From Eukaryota sp. GEM-RC1 (lineage: Eukaryota), in the NCBI GenBank assembly GCA_040285855.1, contig JAUFOQ010000016.1:1550001-1614000 (forward strand): DNA of 64,000 nucleotides. The letters run 5' to 3'. The notes below the pieces were generated by a model. It was not told where the DNA came from. It made no database searches and saw only the letters and a program-made list of their open reading frames with translations. Of the stretch, positions 27,201 to 39,600 are shown piece by piece. Numbering within the stretch: the first letter of the stretch is position 1; the number at the start of each line of letters is the position of its first letter. Position numbers and translations under genes: made by a program.

Positions 27201-30200
27201 AGTAATTCTACTGTTGACAATCTCTTCCTACAAGGCGGATCTCTTGCCAATTCTTTTATTGAATCAAACCAACTTCTTCCTTGTGGTGAGGTTGTCCTTG
27301 ATCAAGTTCATCTTCTTGTTACTAACTCATCCTTTGTTCAATGTAAATCTCTAATCAATCTTCATTCTTCATCTATTGTTTTCTCCTTGGATGATCGTCT
27401 TTATGCTCCTCATTTACTGACTGTGATTGACCGTAACAATTCCTTAGTCACATTTACTTATCCCTTAATTGTCCGTGAGTCTGATCAACTGAACTTTACT
27501 AGTCCTACTCATATTAATGGATTGACTAACTATGGTAATCTGACTATTTCCTATCCAAAGGTGATGTCTTCTGACGTGGAATTGATCTCTTCTCTATTTA
27601 CCTTTGAGGAACTCACTGTTCCATTTGGTCAGTCTTTCATTTCAAGTGGTGACTCTTCTACTGTTGGTCAGTTAACAAATGAAGGAACAGTCCATGTACG
27701 TGATCATCTCAATCACTCAGGGTCAATCATTCTGACCCCTTCTTCTAACTTCACGTTGAGTCTCTACCACTCCAATGATGTATACATTCATGATTCCGTT
27801 ACGTCTGACTACATTCATTACAATGGTACCTTTTACCTTGATTTCTTCCCTTCCCACCCCATTAATCCAGCTACAAAGTTCCACTTATTCTCACATGGTC
27901 TTCATGACTATAAGTTTGCTCTTATTACAGGCAATTGCCTCTTTAACTTTGGATTTAACTATACTGATGATCACATGTACGCTCAAGTTGGAGCTAAAAT
28001 TGATCCTGATCATTCCTTTGAGTTCTATGTTTCTCCATTTGGTTTTGATTCTGTTTGTTGTGGTACTGCGACAGCCCCTTGTAAGTCTGTGCCAATGGTC
28101 TTGTCAAGGACTTTACCAGGAGATAAACTAACTCTTTTACCAGGAACTTATGAAGACTACACTCCAGTTAATTTGGATAATTCTCAGCTTGGATTCATTG
28201 AAGGCAATGATGCTCGCTTTGTTTGTACCCATTCTGAACCTGGAATGAAGATTTCAAGTGAAAAGAATCTTCATGTAAGTAATATTCGGTTTGAGAATTG
28301 TCTTACAGCCATTCAATCAGTTTCAAGTTCTCTTGTTGTAACTAATCTTGATGTCGTCTCTGATGCACAATCCTCTTCTCAAGGAAGAATCTTTGATTTA
28401 TCTGTAAGTAAAGTTGAATTAAAGGATTCCAAGTACTCTCAACTTGAGGGACCTTTGTTTACAGTAATGTCTTCATCTCATTTGGGTTTCACCAATCTCA
28501 CAATCTCTTCTTGTTCATCTGTCATCTTCTACTCACGTTTCTCTACTGTTCATGGTGATCATCTACTTGTATCTGAATCTAATTCAGCGTTATTCAACTC
28601 CATGGCTTCTTCTCTATCTGTTAGTGATGCTTTTGTTGTATCATGTGAGTCTTGTACCTTCTTTAAGTCAACAAATGACGATATTTCCTTTGTAAACTTC
28701 ACTGTTTCTGATTCAAAGTTTGATCAATTATTGTTGGCAATTCATTCAAAACTTTCATTTTCTGACTTGAAAATGACTGAGAATCTTGTTGGAGATCTTA
28801 TTTTCTCTCTCTTCAAATCAATTCTTGTTCTTAGTCATTCCAATCTCTCTCCTTCATCTCCTCTTCTTTTCGCGGATGATTCCAATTTAATGTTAGAGGA
28901 CTGTGTGTTTTCTGACTATTATCTTGAATCTCCATTAATGTCTTTAGCTCACGCTCGTAATTCAATTTCTAAACCTTTAATGTACATTGAGAAATCTCGT
29001 CTGTCAATGTCCTCTTCTGTTTTTACTTCATTTGGAACTTCTGTTCTAGATTCTCGTGTTTTCTCTACAGTTTCTGTTCTTGACTCTGAATTCAAGAATA
29101 TCCATAATTCTGCAATTTCATGTAGTGATTCTACTCTTGTATCTCTCTCTAATGTGTCTTTCTTCAATTCTCATAGCACTAATGGTGGTGCTCTCTTTGT
29201 CGGTTCTCGATCTCAAGTACACATCATCAATTCCTTGTTCTCTTCCTGCTCTGCCATTAATGGTGGAGCTGTTTACTGGATGCTTCCAGTGACTTGTTCA
29301 TCCTCAATTCTACCTTCATTGGTAATGCAGCTACTGACTTTGGTGGTGCTCTGTACGCTGAAAGTCCTGTTAATTCTTCAGTAGTCCAGCTTTCCAGATT
29401 TACTGACAATAATGCTGAAATTGGTGCAGCTGCCTTTTCTAATTCTATGGAGCCAATTAAATTAGTTTCAGTCTTTTCCCATGGTAATCGAGCCTCTGCC
29501 TATGGTAATAACTTCGCTTCTCTTCCTACCAGAGTTTCTGCCACCACTGAAGGTAGACGTGTTGCTCTTTCCTTCCTTGATGCATATGATAACGTGATTT
29601 CTGACCGCAAAAACGTCATCCTTGCTCCTGTTTCCTCTCAATTTGCTCTCTCCGCGCCATCAAAGAATGGAGGCTCTGATTCCTTTATGGTCTCAATTAG
29701 AGGTAAACCTGGAACTCATCAAATAGTGGCGGTATCTCCAGGTCTTTCTTCTGCTCATTTCCTTTTAACTGGTGGTGACTGTGAAGAAGGTCAAGGCCTT
29801 AATGGTCAAGGATGTTTCGATTGCCCTCCTGGAACTAAGTCTGTTGACTTTGAGTGTGTTCCTTGTCCTATTGGTGAGTGGTCTTGGTCTTCTCGTTCTA
29901 CTCAATGTTCTCCTTGCATGCCTGGTACTAAGAGAAACCTTAATGATACTGGTTGTGTTTCTTGTAGATTGAAGGAAATAGCTCCTGATATTGGTAGTAC
30001 TGAGTGTAGTTCTTGTCCTACACGATTCTCAGGTAATGATGACCTAACTGAATGTGTTTGTGATGGTAACTTGTACTTTGTTGATGGAGAATGTATTGAG
30101 TGTCCTACTGGTCTCTTGTGTGAAGCCTACAACAGATTCTGTGTGTTACCAGGGTTTTATCAAGCAAACGACGGTACAGTTTTCCCTTGTAAGAAGTCTG

Positions 30201-31350
30201 GTTGTCTGGGTAATTGTACCAAACCTTCAGATTGTAGTGAAGGATTTACAGGACCCTTGTGTACTCATTGTGAGGAAGGTTTCTACTCTCAAGGAAATCT
30301 TTGTTCTGAATGTCCTAGTTCAATTGTCATTTTTGGAGTTATAGCTGCACAAGTTGTTGTCTATGCTTCACTAGTTCCTTTATTGAGATTGGAAAGAAAA
30401 GAAAGTTTGAATCTCTTCAGTTCTACCTCCCTCTTATTCGATTTATCCAAGTCTTATGTGGTATCCGTACAATTACTGCTATCCCACTTCCATCAGCTGT
30501 TCACTCAGTTCTAGATGTCTTGGATCTCGTCGTTCTCCGTCCTTGGGGAGCTCCCATCACTGCTTGTGCTGGACTTCCTTCAGGATTCTACTCTTTGTAC
30601 TGGTCCTCTGCTGTACTTCTTCCTGGTATCTTGGGTATTGGGTTCTTTCTCAGTCAGATTGAAGTTTCTTCAGTGATGTACCAGATTTTCTTTGCAGTTC
30701 CTGCTTTCAATGTGTTGTCAGTGTTTAGTTGTAGAACCATTGAAAGCGCTACTTCATCATTCTCCCCCTTCTACAATGATCTTGACTGTGGTTCTGGTAT
30801 TTGGTTGATGAAGTTCATTTTAGCTGTTTGCTTCATTCTGTTGTTTGCCATTGTCAATTTCTTTTTAGTGTTCTCCAACAAGAAGAATCCCTTCACAGTT
30901 TATATCACCTCAAAGTTTTACTTAGATGAAGTCTTAGCTCAACTTCATTTAATTCTTATTTTGGGGGGATTGTTTACTCTGGAATCCGTTGGTGCAATGA
31001 CTCAAAGTGTTACTGGATTCCTTATCTGTATGGTTGCTTTTGCTGTCAACTCAAAGCGCCATCCAATGTCAACTCCCAGGGCACATTCATTACAGTCTAC
31101 CTATTTCATTACTGAAGCAGCTCTCTTTATGTTGGTGTTTGTACGAACTGTGGATGTCATCAACACTGCTGATTTCTTTATCAACTCTTGCCTCTTTGTT
31201 ATCGGCCTTGTAATTTTAGTTTCTATTGTTATGTGTCTCTGTTCTTTTGCATTTGGAACAGTTGAAAGAATTAATTTCAGAAAGAACAACTTTATGACAA
31301 ATCTGCTTCAAAATCCTATGGTAAATCTAAGTACCAACTATCGTTCATAG
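3283..31350 (+). CDS. Giant cell-surface multi-pass membrane protein, about 9,356 aa (signal peptide, beta-solenoid repeats, pectin-lyase/Pmp-like beta-helix, Cys-rich repeats, multi-TM domain); three single-base frame breaks at about 15003, 29277 and 30394
   Basis: Consecutive ORFs of 3918, 4798, 406 and 276 aa. Signal peptide MNNKNLLLLLLSVLLCAYA, then GDWTTASCWSDGIP. FYVSPFGFD...PCKSV...PGDKLTLLPGTY at about 28023. GGA(L/V) and FxxN motifs at about 29160-29420. CxxCPxG repeats at 29778-30315. Hydrophobic helices at about 30325-31260. Copy 2 reads through the 30394 site in frame. Confidence 0.85.
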
Positions 31351-31378
31351 ATTTCGTTTATAGATTTTTCTTGTATAG

Positions 31379-31384
31379 AATAAA
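31379..31384 (+). promoter_or_regulatory. Putative polyadenylation signal AATAAA for the giant gene
   Basis: Begins 29 nt after the stop codon and is conserved in copy 2 (TATAGAATAAATTTG at about 54376-54390). Confidence 0.4.
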
Positions 31385-31401
31385 TTTGCTTTTTATCATA
31401 A

Positions 31402-32381
31402 TTAGCTATGTATTCGTTTATTTTTAATTTCTACGTGACTGAATGATGACCTTCGCGATCTCAGGTGTTCACGATCTCCAACAGTTGATAGGCTTCTCCT
31501 TGGAGTTTTGGGTTGAAACTCTCTTGCAGGTTCAACCTTAATGGTTCTTCCTTCAACTACTTTTCCATTCATTGTTTCAACAACTTGATGAACAATATCT
31601 TTTCGAAAGTATACAAATCCATAACATCTTGTTCTACCATCAGAATCTGTAACTAGCTCTGAGTGTTCAAACTCTGGAAAACAAGAAAAAATATACGCTA
31701 GACCAGTGTTATTAGTTTTGTAAGAAAGATTTCCAACAAAAACTTTATGCAAATGAAGAGATTTCCTCTTGGAAATCTGGTGTGCAGTCAAAACAGAAGA
31801 ATTCTCTGAGTCTGGTACATCAACCACTTCTTTAGAACTTAGTGCTTTGAACGCTTTTAGAGCCGGTAGATGAGGTAAATCTTTTCAAGAATATGAAATG
31901 GTGGTTCGGGGGATTTCACCCTTTGCGGTGGATGAAAGTCTAATGGCAGTTTGACAAGGTGGGTGTGTAGAATTCTGACAGGAAGCGATGGTGATCCATC
32001 CTTGACAGGAATTGCTTTGAAAGTGTCCAAAACTGAGGTATCGCCGATTGCACAACCAACATAGCAGAGAGAGTGTAATGATTTGAGCTTTGCTAGAGAA
32101 ACTATAAACAATGGTGTAAATGGAAATGAAGAAGGTTTCTCCATATAAACAGCCCCGCGAACGTTGACTGAATCATCTTCCAGAGGTGTAAATTGATGCG
32201 GATAACCATTTAAAGGACAACGAGAAGAGAACTGGACCAGTTTGTTGGGAATGAGACTGATTTCATTGAAGTGAAACTGCTTCTTACAATAAAGATCAAG
32301 GAAAAGATCAGCACAAGGTGATGCTTTAGGAGATCCTAGAAGTAATGATCCAATCGAAGTGTCAATTAGAATTGAAAACAT
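31402..32381 (-). CDS. PPIL4: Degenerate cyclophilin + RRM protein (PPIL4/Cyp59-like), copy 1, with one frame break at about 31880
   Basis: ORFs 31857-32567 and 31402-31827 join to match copy 2. The span is 980 nt versus 981 nt in copy 2. RNP2 VFVGNL and RNP1 RCYGFVYF are present. Confidence 0.7.
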
Positions 32382-32634
32382 TTTTGAGAAGAAAACTATA
32401 TGTACACAAAAGTTGGAATCAACAATTGTTGTTTCTACAGTTTGTATAGCGTAAAATTCATGTAGTTTGGTATGTTTCTGTGAAGTGCAATCAATCAGAA
32501 TAAGATCAATCCAAACCGAACAAAGGAACGTTTCCATTAGAAGTAACAAAGACTTACATTGTAACAATACTTAAAAATGTTCATGGGCGAAAGGGACAAA
32601 AATGAATATCAAAATTTAAGCTATGAAACACTAA

Positions 32635-33079
32635 TCACAGAATATGCCTGATCAACAGTACCACACTTCTTTTACAACTAATTGATTTAACCAATTTGGA
32701 CATTGATCGGAACAGAGAAACAATCAAACGATTATGCCAAATTGATAAGTTAAATCTCATATTTTGAGACTTACACATAGATCCAAAATAATGAGTAAAA
32801 AACTGAGGAGTCCTTTCACCGATACATGTACTACCGAAAATAAGTAGAACTAGCAAATGGAACAATTTGATTGAGTTAAGCAAAATCACTGGGAAACAAA
32901 TCAAATTGATTTTTTTTTGACTGATTCGAGGCCAAATAATACAGTGGTGATACTGTTGTATTTTTTAATGCTCTTGAACACAGTTGTGGATACCTATATC
33001 TGGGTTCAGAGAAGAAGAATCGTAGACATTAAGGGACGTGAGAGAAGGAAACAAGAGAGATCCAAAAAATAAGACTACC
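32635..33079 (-). mobile_element. Degraded 3' fragment of an RLE-type non-LTR retrotransposon
   Basis: QIVPFA... and MCKSQNMRFNLSIWHNRLIVSLFRSMSKLV align by eye with FIPFA...LCRDHRKTFNQSIWRNRIVFSLYRSFPKYL of the element at 55111-55960. Confidence 0.65.
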
Positions 33080-33644
33080 TATCGTAGGTGTTCTAATACA
33101 AGCAAGGTTCCAATACAAGCAAGGCCCCAATACAAGCAAGTAAAAGTGTTTGCTTGTATTATTCTATTGCATTCTGGATGTTGAGCGAGTTATACTTCAA
33201 TACAAAGTTTATTAAAATGAATTACAACGTTTGGAGCTGTGAACGGACTTTATAGTGTCCACTTGGTTGCCTAAATATTGTTGCGGATGTTGGCCCGAAA
33301 AACTCGATGGAGTTATTGTATTGTTTGACGTTTGTAAAATCAGAAGCACAAAATGGCGTATCAAAATCCAATCTATGAAACAATAGGCAATAGAGTCGTC
33401 CCTGCCAATAGAACTTTGCTCCTATACAGACAAATATTGTGTACTTGTGGAACAAATAAAAATACAGTTATTGAAGTGTGTGCCATATTGATGTATTGTT
33501 ATAAATTTTTGTTTTATTTATAATACAGTGTACAAGTAGCATTACGAAATAGGGCTTGTGGTCCTGTAATACACAATGTACAAGCAAGAAAATGTGTTTG
33601 CTTGTATAAGATATAAAGTTGCTTGTATTGGGACACCAACGATA
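33080..33644. mobile_element. TA-flanked non-autonomous DNA transposon (Tc1/mariner-like MITE) with subterminal AATACAAGCAAG repeats
   Basis: The left end TATCGTAGGTGTTCTAATACAAGCAA matches the reverse complement of the right end, TATCGTTGGTGTCCCAATACAAGCAA, at 23/26. Repeats with a 17-bp period lie at 33095-33140. Confidence 0.85.
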
Positions 33645-33662
33645 CCAAAATAATTCAACAAT

Positions 33663-36600
33663 ACAACAAAGGTCTTTTCTACATTGTTGACAAATCTCTG
33701 TTTTGGACTTATGCTGATTCTGCCATTCTCAACTACAACCTCTTCCAACACGGTGATCTCTGTGGTACTGTTGTCTGTGATTCTTTGGATTCTTTTGTTT
33801 ATGACATTATTGATGTGAATACTACTGCTATGGCAAATAGACCGGTCTTTTCCAATTATGGAACGTTCCGCAAACTTTATGGAACAGAACTGTTAACTAA
33901 TATTTTGAGATTGTATCAGCAAAATTCAGGTACTTTTATTGTTGAATCTGACATTTTCCGTCAATTTTTGAGTCGATCTTTGCTTTATGGACAGTTCATT
34001 GTTTTCGATAATTCTGTAATTGATGTGCACAACTCTCATCTTACAGCATTCCAACCGTCTGTCTGGGATGGTTTGGGTGGTGTTCTTCGTACAAATCACT
34101 TGGGTATCGTTCTATTCCATGGTAAGTACAATCTGACACTTGATTTCGTTCATGATATAGGTAACTTTACTTTCACACCTCTAGCCAATATTGAATTGGA
34201 CTCTGTAACTGTTCATGATGGAGTTCTTGTATTTGAAGAAGGTAAAGAACGAACTGAAAGATTTGATCTCGACTCTCTCAAAGTTACAGGTGGTAATTTA
34301 GATATTCTTGATGTTCCTCAGCATTTGTGGTTGTATGATTATGAGCAAACTGGTGGTTCTATTAAAATTCAAAATGTTTCAAACCATTTTACCATCGGTT
34401 CTATCATGATTACTGGAGGACAATCCGATATTAGTCACATTCTCTTGAATACTACGTTTCTTTATCGAGCTCAATATATTGGTGGTAAACTGGAGTTAAC
34501 ATATCTTTACCAGTGGTTGATTTTTCTGGAAGGACTGTACGTAGCTCCTGCTAATACTTTTAATGTGAAACATGTCTTCAATAATGTCTGGACTCCTAAG
34601 GACTTCCATCTCCGTGGTACAGTCAGTCTGGTTGACCTTCGTAATCGAGTTTTGATTGACGACATTTTGTTGATTGACCAGCATAACAACGCTGACATCG
34701 AGATCATTGATGTTGCTAACGTTTTCATTGTTTTGAATGGTACTGAAGTAAGATCAGGATCCTTGAAATTAACCAACTTAAATGATGACGTGTCTACCAA
34801 ACATCTCAAGGTGTACAATGTCGCTGGATTTACATCTCCTGTCGTTTTAATCACTAATATGGACACATTTACAGTTCAAGAAATCATCGAAATCTCTGGT
34901 ACGGTTACTGTAAATGGATCTGTATCTGTTGATGTACCTGTGTTCCGCTTTTTGGAACATCTCAAACTATTTTTAGAGATGGAAAACAGTATTTTACTAT
35001 TTCAAACAACTATCGCGGTGAGGGCGGTTTTTCCAATATCATCACTCTTCCTCTCTTTATCACAGCCTCCTTAGAGCCCCGTGGAGGAGATTACCTGTTT
35101 GATCGTATCAATTCTAATTATCTTGTTCCTTCCTTTTCGATTCAAGGTGGTTCTCACGTTCATCTCCTTCACTTTGGATTTGATGTCCCTGTACTTCATG
35201 ATATAGAAGTCCTTCATGGTTTCTTACGATTGAACACTTCAAAAACTGTCATGACTGATTATCTTGTTGTTAATGGTCCAAATGCTGTAAGAGACGGTAA
35301 TGATATAACTCAAGTAGCTAATGGAGTTGACTTTATTCAAGGACGTTTTGGTATCAGAGGAGCTACAGAGGCATTCACCTATCTAAATCTGTCTTCTTCT
35401 GGTACTAAAACAGTTTGGGCTGCGGATCTGATTGCACCTAATTTGTGTATAATCAATGTTCAAAATGGAGAAGTTGTTGGAATCAACGGTGCCACCCTAC
35501 AGTTACGTGACGTTACTAATGTTATTGGAGACTTCTTTTCAATACTGTCATGACTGGACCCGGACTTGCTGGCAATGCTTTCCCACGTGTCATCAATAAC
35601 CATATCTTAGAGTTCAATACTGCTTCTAATAGAAGATCTATGCACTGGGCCTTTGATGTTAAAATGAGCTGGGAAGAGGAGGAGGTGTAATTCAGTCTAA
35701 TATTACCCTTTGTCCTACCTGTGTATTGGCTTTCCACTCAAACATTCCTTTCCAGAATGGTGGTGTTCAAAGGAGCTACCATCAATTTACTATTGATTCT
35801 GCCATTAGTTGCCCCTCTTGTTATCTTGATTTCAGATCAAATCCGGCTTGGGTCAAAATTCAAGGTCTTTATGATCTTAGATCAAATCACGTTCAAAATT
35901 ACGGACGACTCGAGTTTTCTTCTACGTCACGTCATCCGCTCAATAATTTGGTCTTAAGAAACTGTGATGTTCACTTCAACCAAGCAAACTTCTTCAATTT
36001 ACCATTTGCATCCGACTTCACTTTTACAAATCTTGTTCTCAACCATTGTGGTCGATTACAACTCAATAACTACCGCTACAATTTGTATTTCGATCATTTA
36101 GATATTTCAGGAGGCTCATTGGATATCAGGAATCACGATTTTGTCTTCCACGAACCGATTATCCACATCAAAGATGGAGGTGCTCTACGATTGGAAAATC
36201 TAGCCAATCCTTGGTCAACTGATGGATTTGTCATCGACTATGGATATCTTGAGTTTAATACTGGTCATCTTGTTACCATTTTATCAACATGTCTATTCCT
36301 TCTGCTACTTCCGTTCCCAGATGTTGGTCACCATCTACTATGCCTACACCAATAGGTTTTGAAATTAAACACCAAGGTTTACCTAGATTCAATTTGTCTG
36401 GTGTTCATGGCAGAGACTCTCTTATTTTAAACAACGACTTCTATTGGTTTGGAGGTTCTGTAGAGATTGCTGAAATTGATGTCATTGATTTGGTTTACTC
36501 AACCAACGCAGATGATCGGGGTTTCCATCGAGGTGCAACTATCAATTTTCATGACCTAGGAGTGCTGGGTGGACCAGGAGATGTTTATGTTTCTGGTCCT

Positions 36601-39600
36601 AACTATTGGAATATTCTCCCTGATTCTCACGTCAAATTTTTATCATCTGTAAATTTCATTTCCCAAGATGCTGTTGGTACTCGACTTAGTCATTTAAACA
36701 ATCAAGGACATCTTGATTTCCCGGTCGAGGACATCACAGTCAATCTTGCTTTTAATGTGAGACAAGATGACGTCTATACCTCTGCTAAAGGGGTTACTGT
36801 CTTTTATGATGGATCTTCCATATCTACTGGAAATTACTTCCTTGAGCCGAAGTCTAGACTTATGCTGAGGTATTTCAATCATGAATTTGAACCGAGCGTC
36901 ACCGCTGTAGGAGATGGAAATATACACATGTCCGGTTGGAATTATATCACCAGTGGTGGTGGTCATTGGGGATCTCGTTCCGTTCAATTTGATGGTAGAT
37001 GGGAAGTATCTACTTTTTCGATCAAACATCTGGTCACTGGATTTTTGGTCCTACTGCTTTCCTTAATTTGACTGATATTATTTTAAGAGATCGTACTCAT
37101 TTACTTATTGATGGTTCTAGATCTGCTGCTGGTAATTGGAGTTTTGATCTTATGGATATCTCCACTCACTCGTGGATGCAATTCTCTGACTCTGGCGAAG
37201 AAATTCTTTCTAAATCTCTCAGAATGACATCAGATGAAACAGTTCAGTTTAAGGATACCTCAAAAGCTGCTGATTTCACGAAAGTGGAACTGTATAACGG
37301 GGAGGCTGAGTTTTCTACTGGTTGGCCATTAAAGTTCAATAATCTTACTATTCATGGTGGCCGTTTGTACTACTCTGATAACATTGAAGTAGATCATTTT
37401 ATTTGGAATTGTGGTGAAATTGAAGGTTTTGGACTCGGTACGACTATATCCATCCGACATACTGGTAGTATTGGCTTCTGCTCTAACACCGGTTATCTTG
37501 ATATTGATCGACAATTGAAGGATATCATCGCCGCCTCTAAATTGATCTTCTTACCTGGAAGTCATCTGGAAATTCACACAGGAGCTGGTCTTCCATCCTC
37601 TGTCACGTCTAGTAGTAGCTGGGCTTGGCCTCGTAACCCAAATTACGTGTACTTTAGGGACTCTACCTCTATTGTTGTGCAAGGAACTGCCAGAATGCGA
37701 ACAGCTTCATTCTTTTCTTTTGATTTAACTCCAGTTAACCGTCTTGTCTTTGAAGGTCCTTACACTGAAGCAGTGGAAATCAGTACCAGAAGATTCTATA
37801 TGCATGTTGTTTTCAACACTCCGTACCACCAGTATGCTGGTATCAATATCTATCACCGTTTCCTTGATGTATATTCAGACTATATTGTCCATTCTACTGC
37901 AGCTTCAGGGCCTTCTTCAGTTCAGTTCGATCGTCCACGTTATCATCATAGTAGTCCTTTCCGATATACTTTTCATCAGAACTCTAATTATACTGAAGTT
38001 ATTGACTGTGAAATGTGTACTCCAACCTTTTTGGACCTGTTCATCCTGAGATATTTGTCACTGTAAAGCATGTCTTTCTGACGAAACTGTTGTCTTATAA
38101 CCATGGATCAGTAATTTTCACTGGTCCAATTGACCTGAGTATTGATTCTATCGTGCTACCCCGTCAAATAGGAACTAATAATGATCCCAATGAGCCCTTA
38201 CTTCATTTCCATCAACTTGATAATGATTTGGGTTCTGTTCGGGCTTTTGAACTGCGTGATTCTTCTGTTATGAAATTCTCCACTGGCCAAGGACAGGTTA
38301 CCTTTGATGGAAGAGCCAGACTGGCTGGAAATGCTGATATTGTTGGTATAGGAGATAACATTGTCATTAATTCTCCTCTCTCTGAAGATTTATTTGAATG
38401 GAGTGGCGGAGGCTTCACTGGCAATATGACTGTCAATATTTATAACAATCTATCGGTTGTAAGTCAAAGTGACAAGAGAATTCGGCAGGGCGCTTCCATA
38501 ATTGCTCATTCCGAGGTATATTGGACTGGTTCAGGATTCATGAATGGATTTGATGATAGCTCTTTGGTTATTTCTCCTACCGGTCAATTCATTCTCACAA
38601 ATAATGCTAATTTTGGTTGTAGGACCGGCTCTTGGGGTTCAATCGATCATCCTTGTGATTGTAATGCCGAACTTGTGAATGATGGTAGTTTTTCGTTTGA
38701 ATTTCCTCACATGAATTCTCGTTTCTGCTGGGGAATTCAAAATAATGGAGTCATTAACCACCATTCGTTTAACTTGTGGGCTTTCTCTTATCTTTCAGGA
38801 AATGGAGACTTTTATCTCACATCTGATGCCAGAATTCTATTTGCTTCTTCCACTCAAGACTCTTTATTGGGTCCTAGTTCTAAGGTCATCACTTCAGGTA
38901 ATATTGATCTTCTCTATGACACTACAGTTGTTGTTGCTGGATTCTTTTCTACTACTGTTCATGTCACTGTCCAAGAAGGAACTTTAATCTTTGATGATGA
39001 TGCATTTTTAGAGTTTCCGTTTGATTTAACTGTCATTATCGGAAATGCCATTTTCAATGACGTTGAACAAATGGTCCGTCTTGTAAATGTACGTGCTACT
39101 CAAGGCAGTGTTATCTTTAATACTGGAAGGCGAATCAACGTTACTAATCTGGAACTTGATGAACGTGGGTTCTCAGGTGGTTCAGATCACGTTTACATTG
39201 AGAATTATCTTGATTGGCAAGGAGGTGGCTTCGGTGAAAATGCGACGATCTTTATCATGAATGAAGCAAAAGCTACTAAAAATGATTTTATGAAGTATAT
39301 GATGCCCTATTCTCATGTTATTAACAGGGGAAAGGTTGAATTCAATGGGCCTACTGATTTAGAAGGTACTGACTCCTACTTTACAAATGAATATGGTGCT
39401 GAGTTCTTGGTCACTGGAACTGTTATATGGACTTACAGCAATGTATCTAGTTTCAATTACCTCTACAATTACGGAGTTTTTGAAGTTGTTGCTAATAGAT
39501 TCATAACACATTATATTTTTGAACATTATCCTACTGGTATTGTTGATCATCTTATGGGAGAACTAATGTTTGCTGCTGGAGGATTTTCTTTAGGTCCTGT

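Larger units (their letters stand above)
10601..32385. repeat. Tandem segmental duplication, copy 1 (about 21.8 kb)
   Basis: Colinear high identity with 33663-57322. Similarity starts at ACAACAAAGGTCTTTTCTAC and ends just past the start codon of the RRM gene. Confidence 0.95.

Noticed and set aside
29296..29330. A 35-nt GT-AG intron that would repair frame break 2
   Set aside because: The donor GTTCAT is weak, and splicing would remove a well-formed FILNSTFIGN repeat motif.
33095..33140. Regularly spaced AATACAAGCAAG repeats resembling a mini CRISPR array
   Set aside because: The 12-bp repeats have 5-bp gaps, lie inside a TIR element, and sit in a eukaryotic context with no cas genes; they are subterminal repeats.
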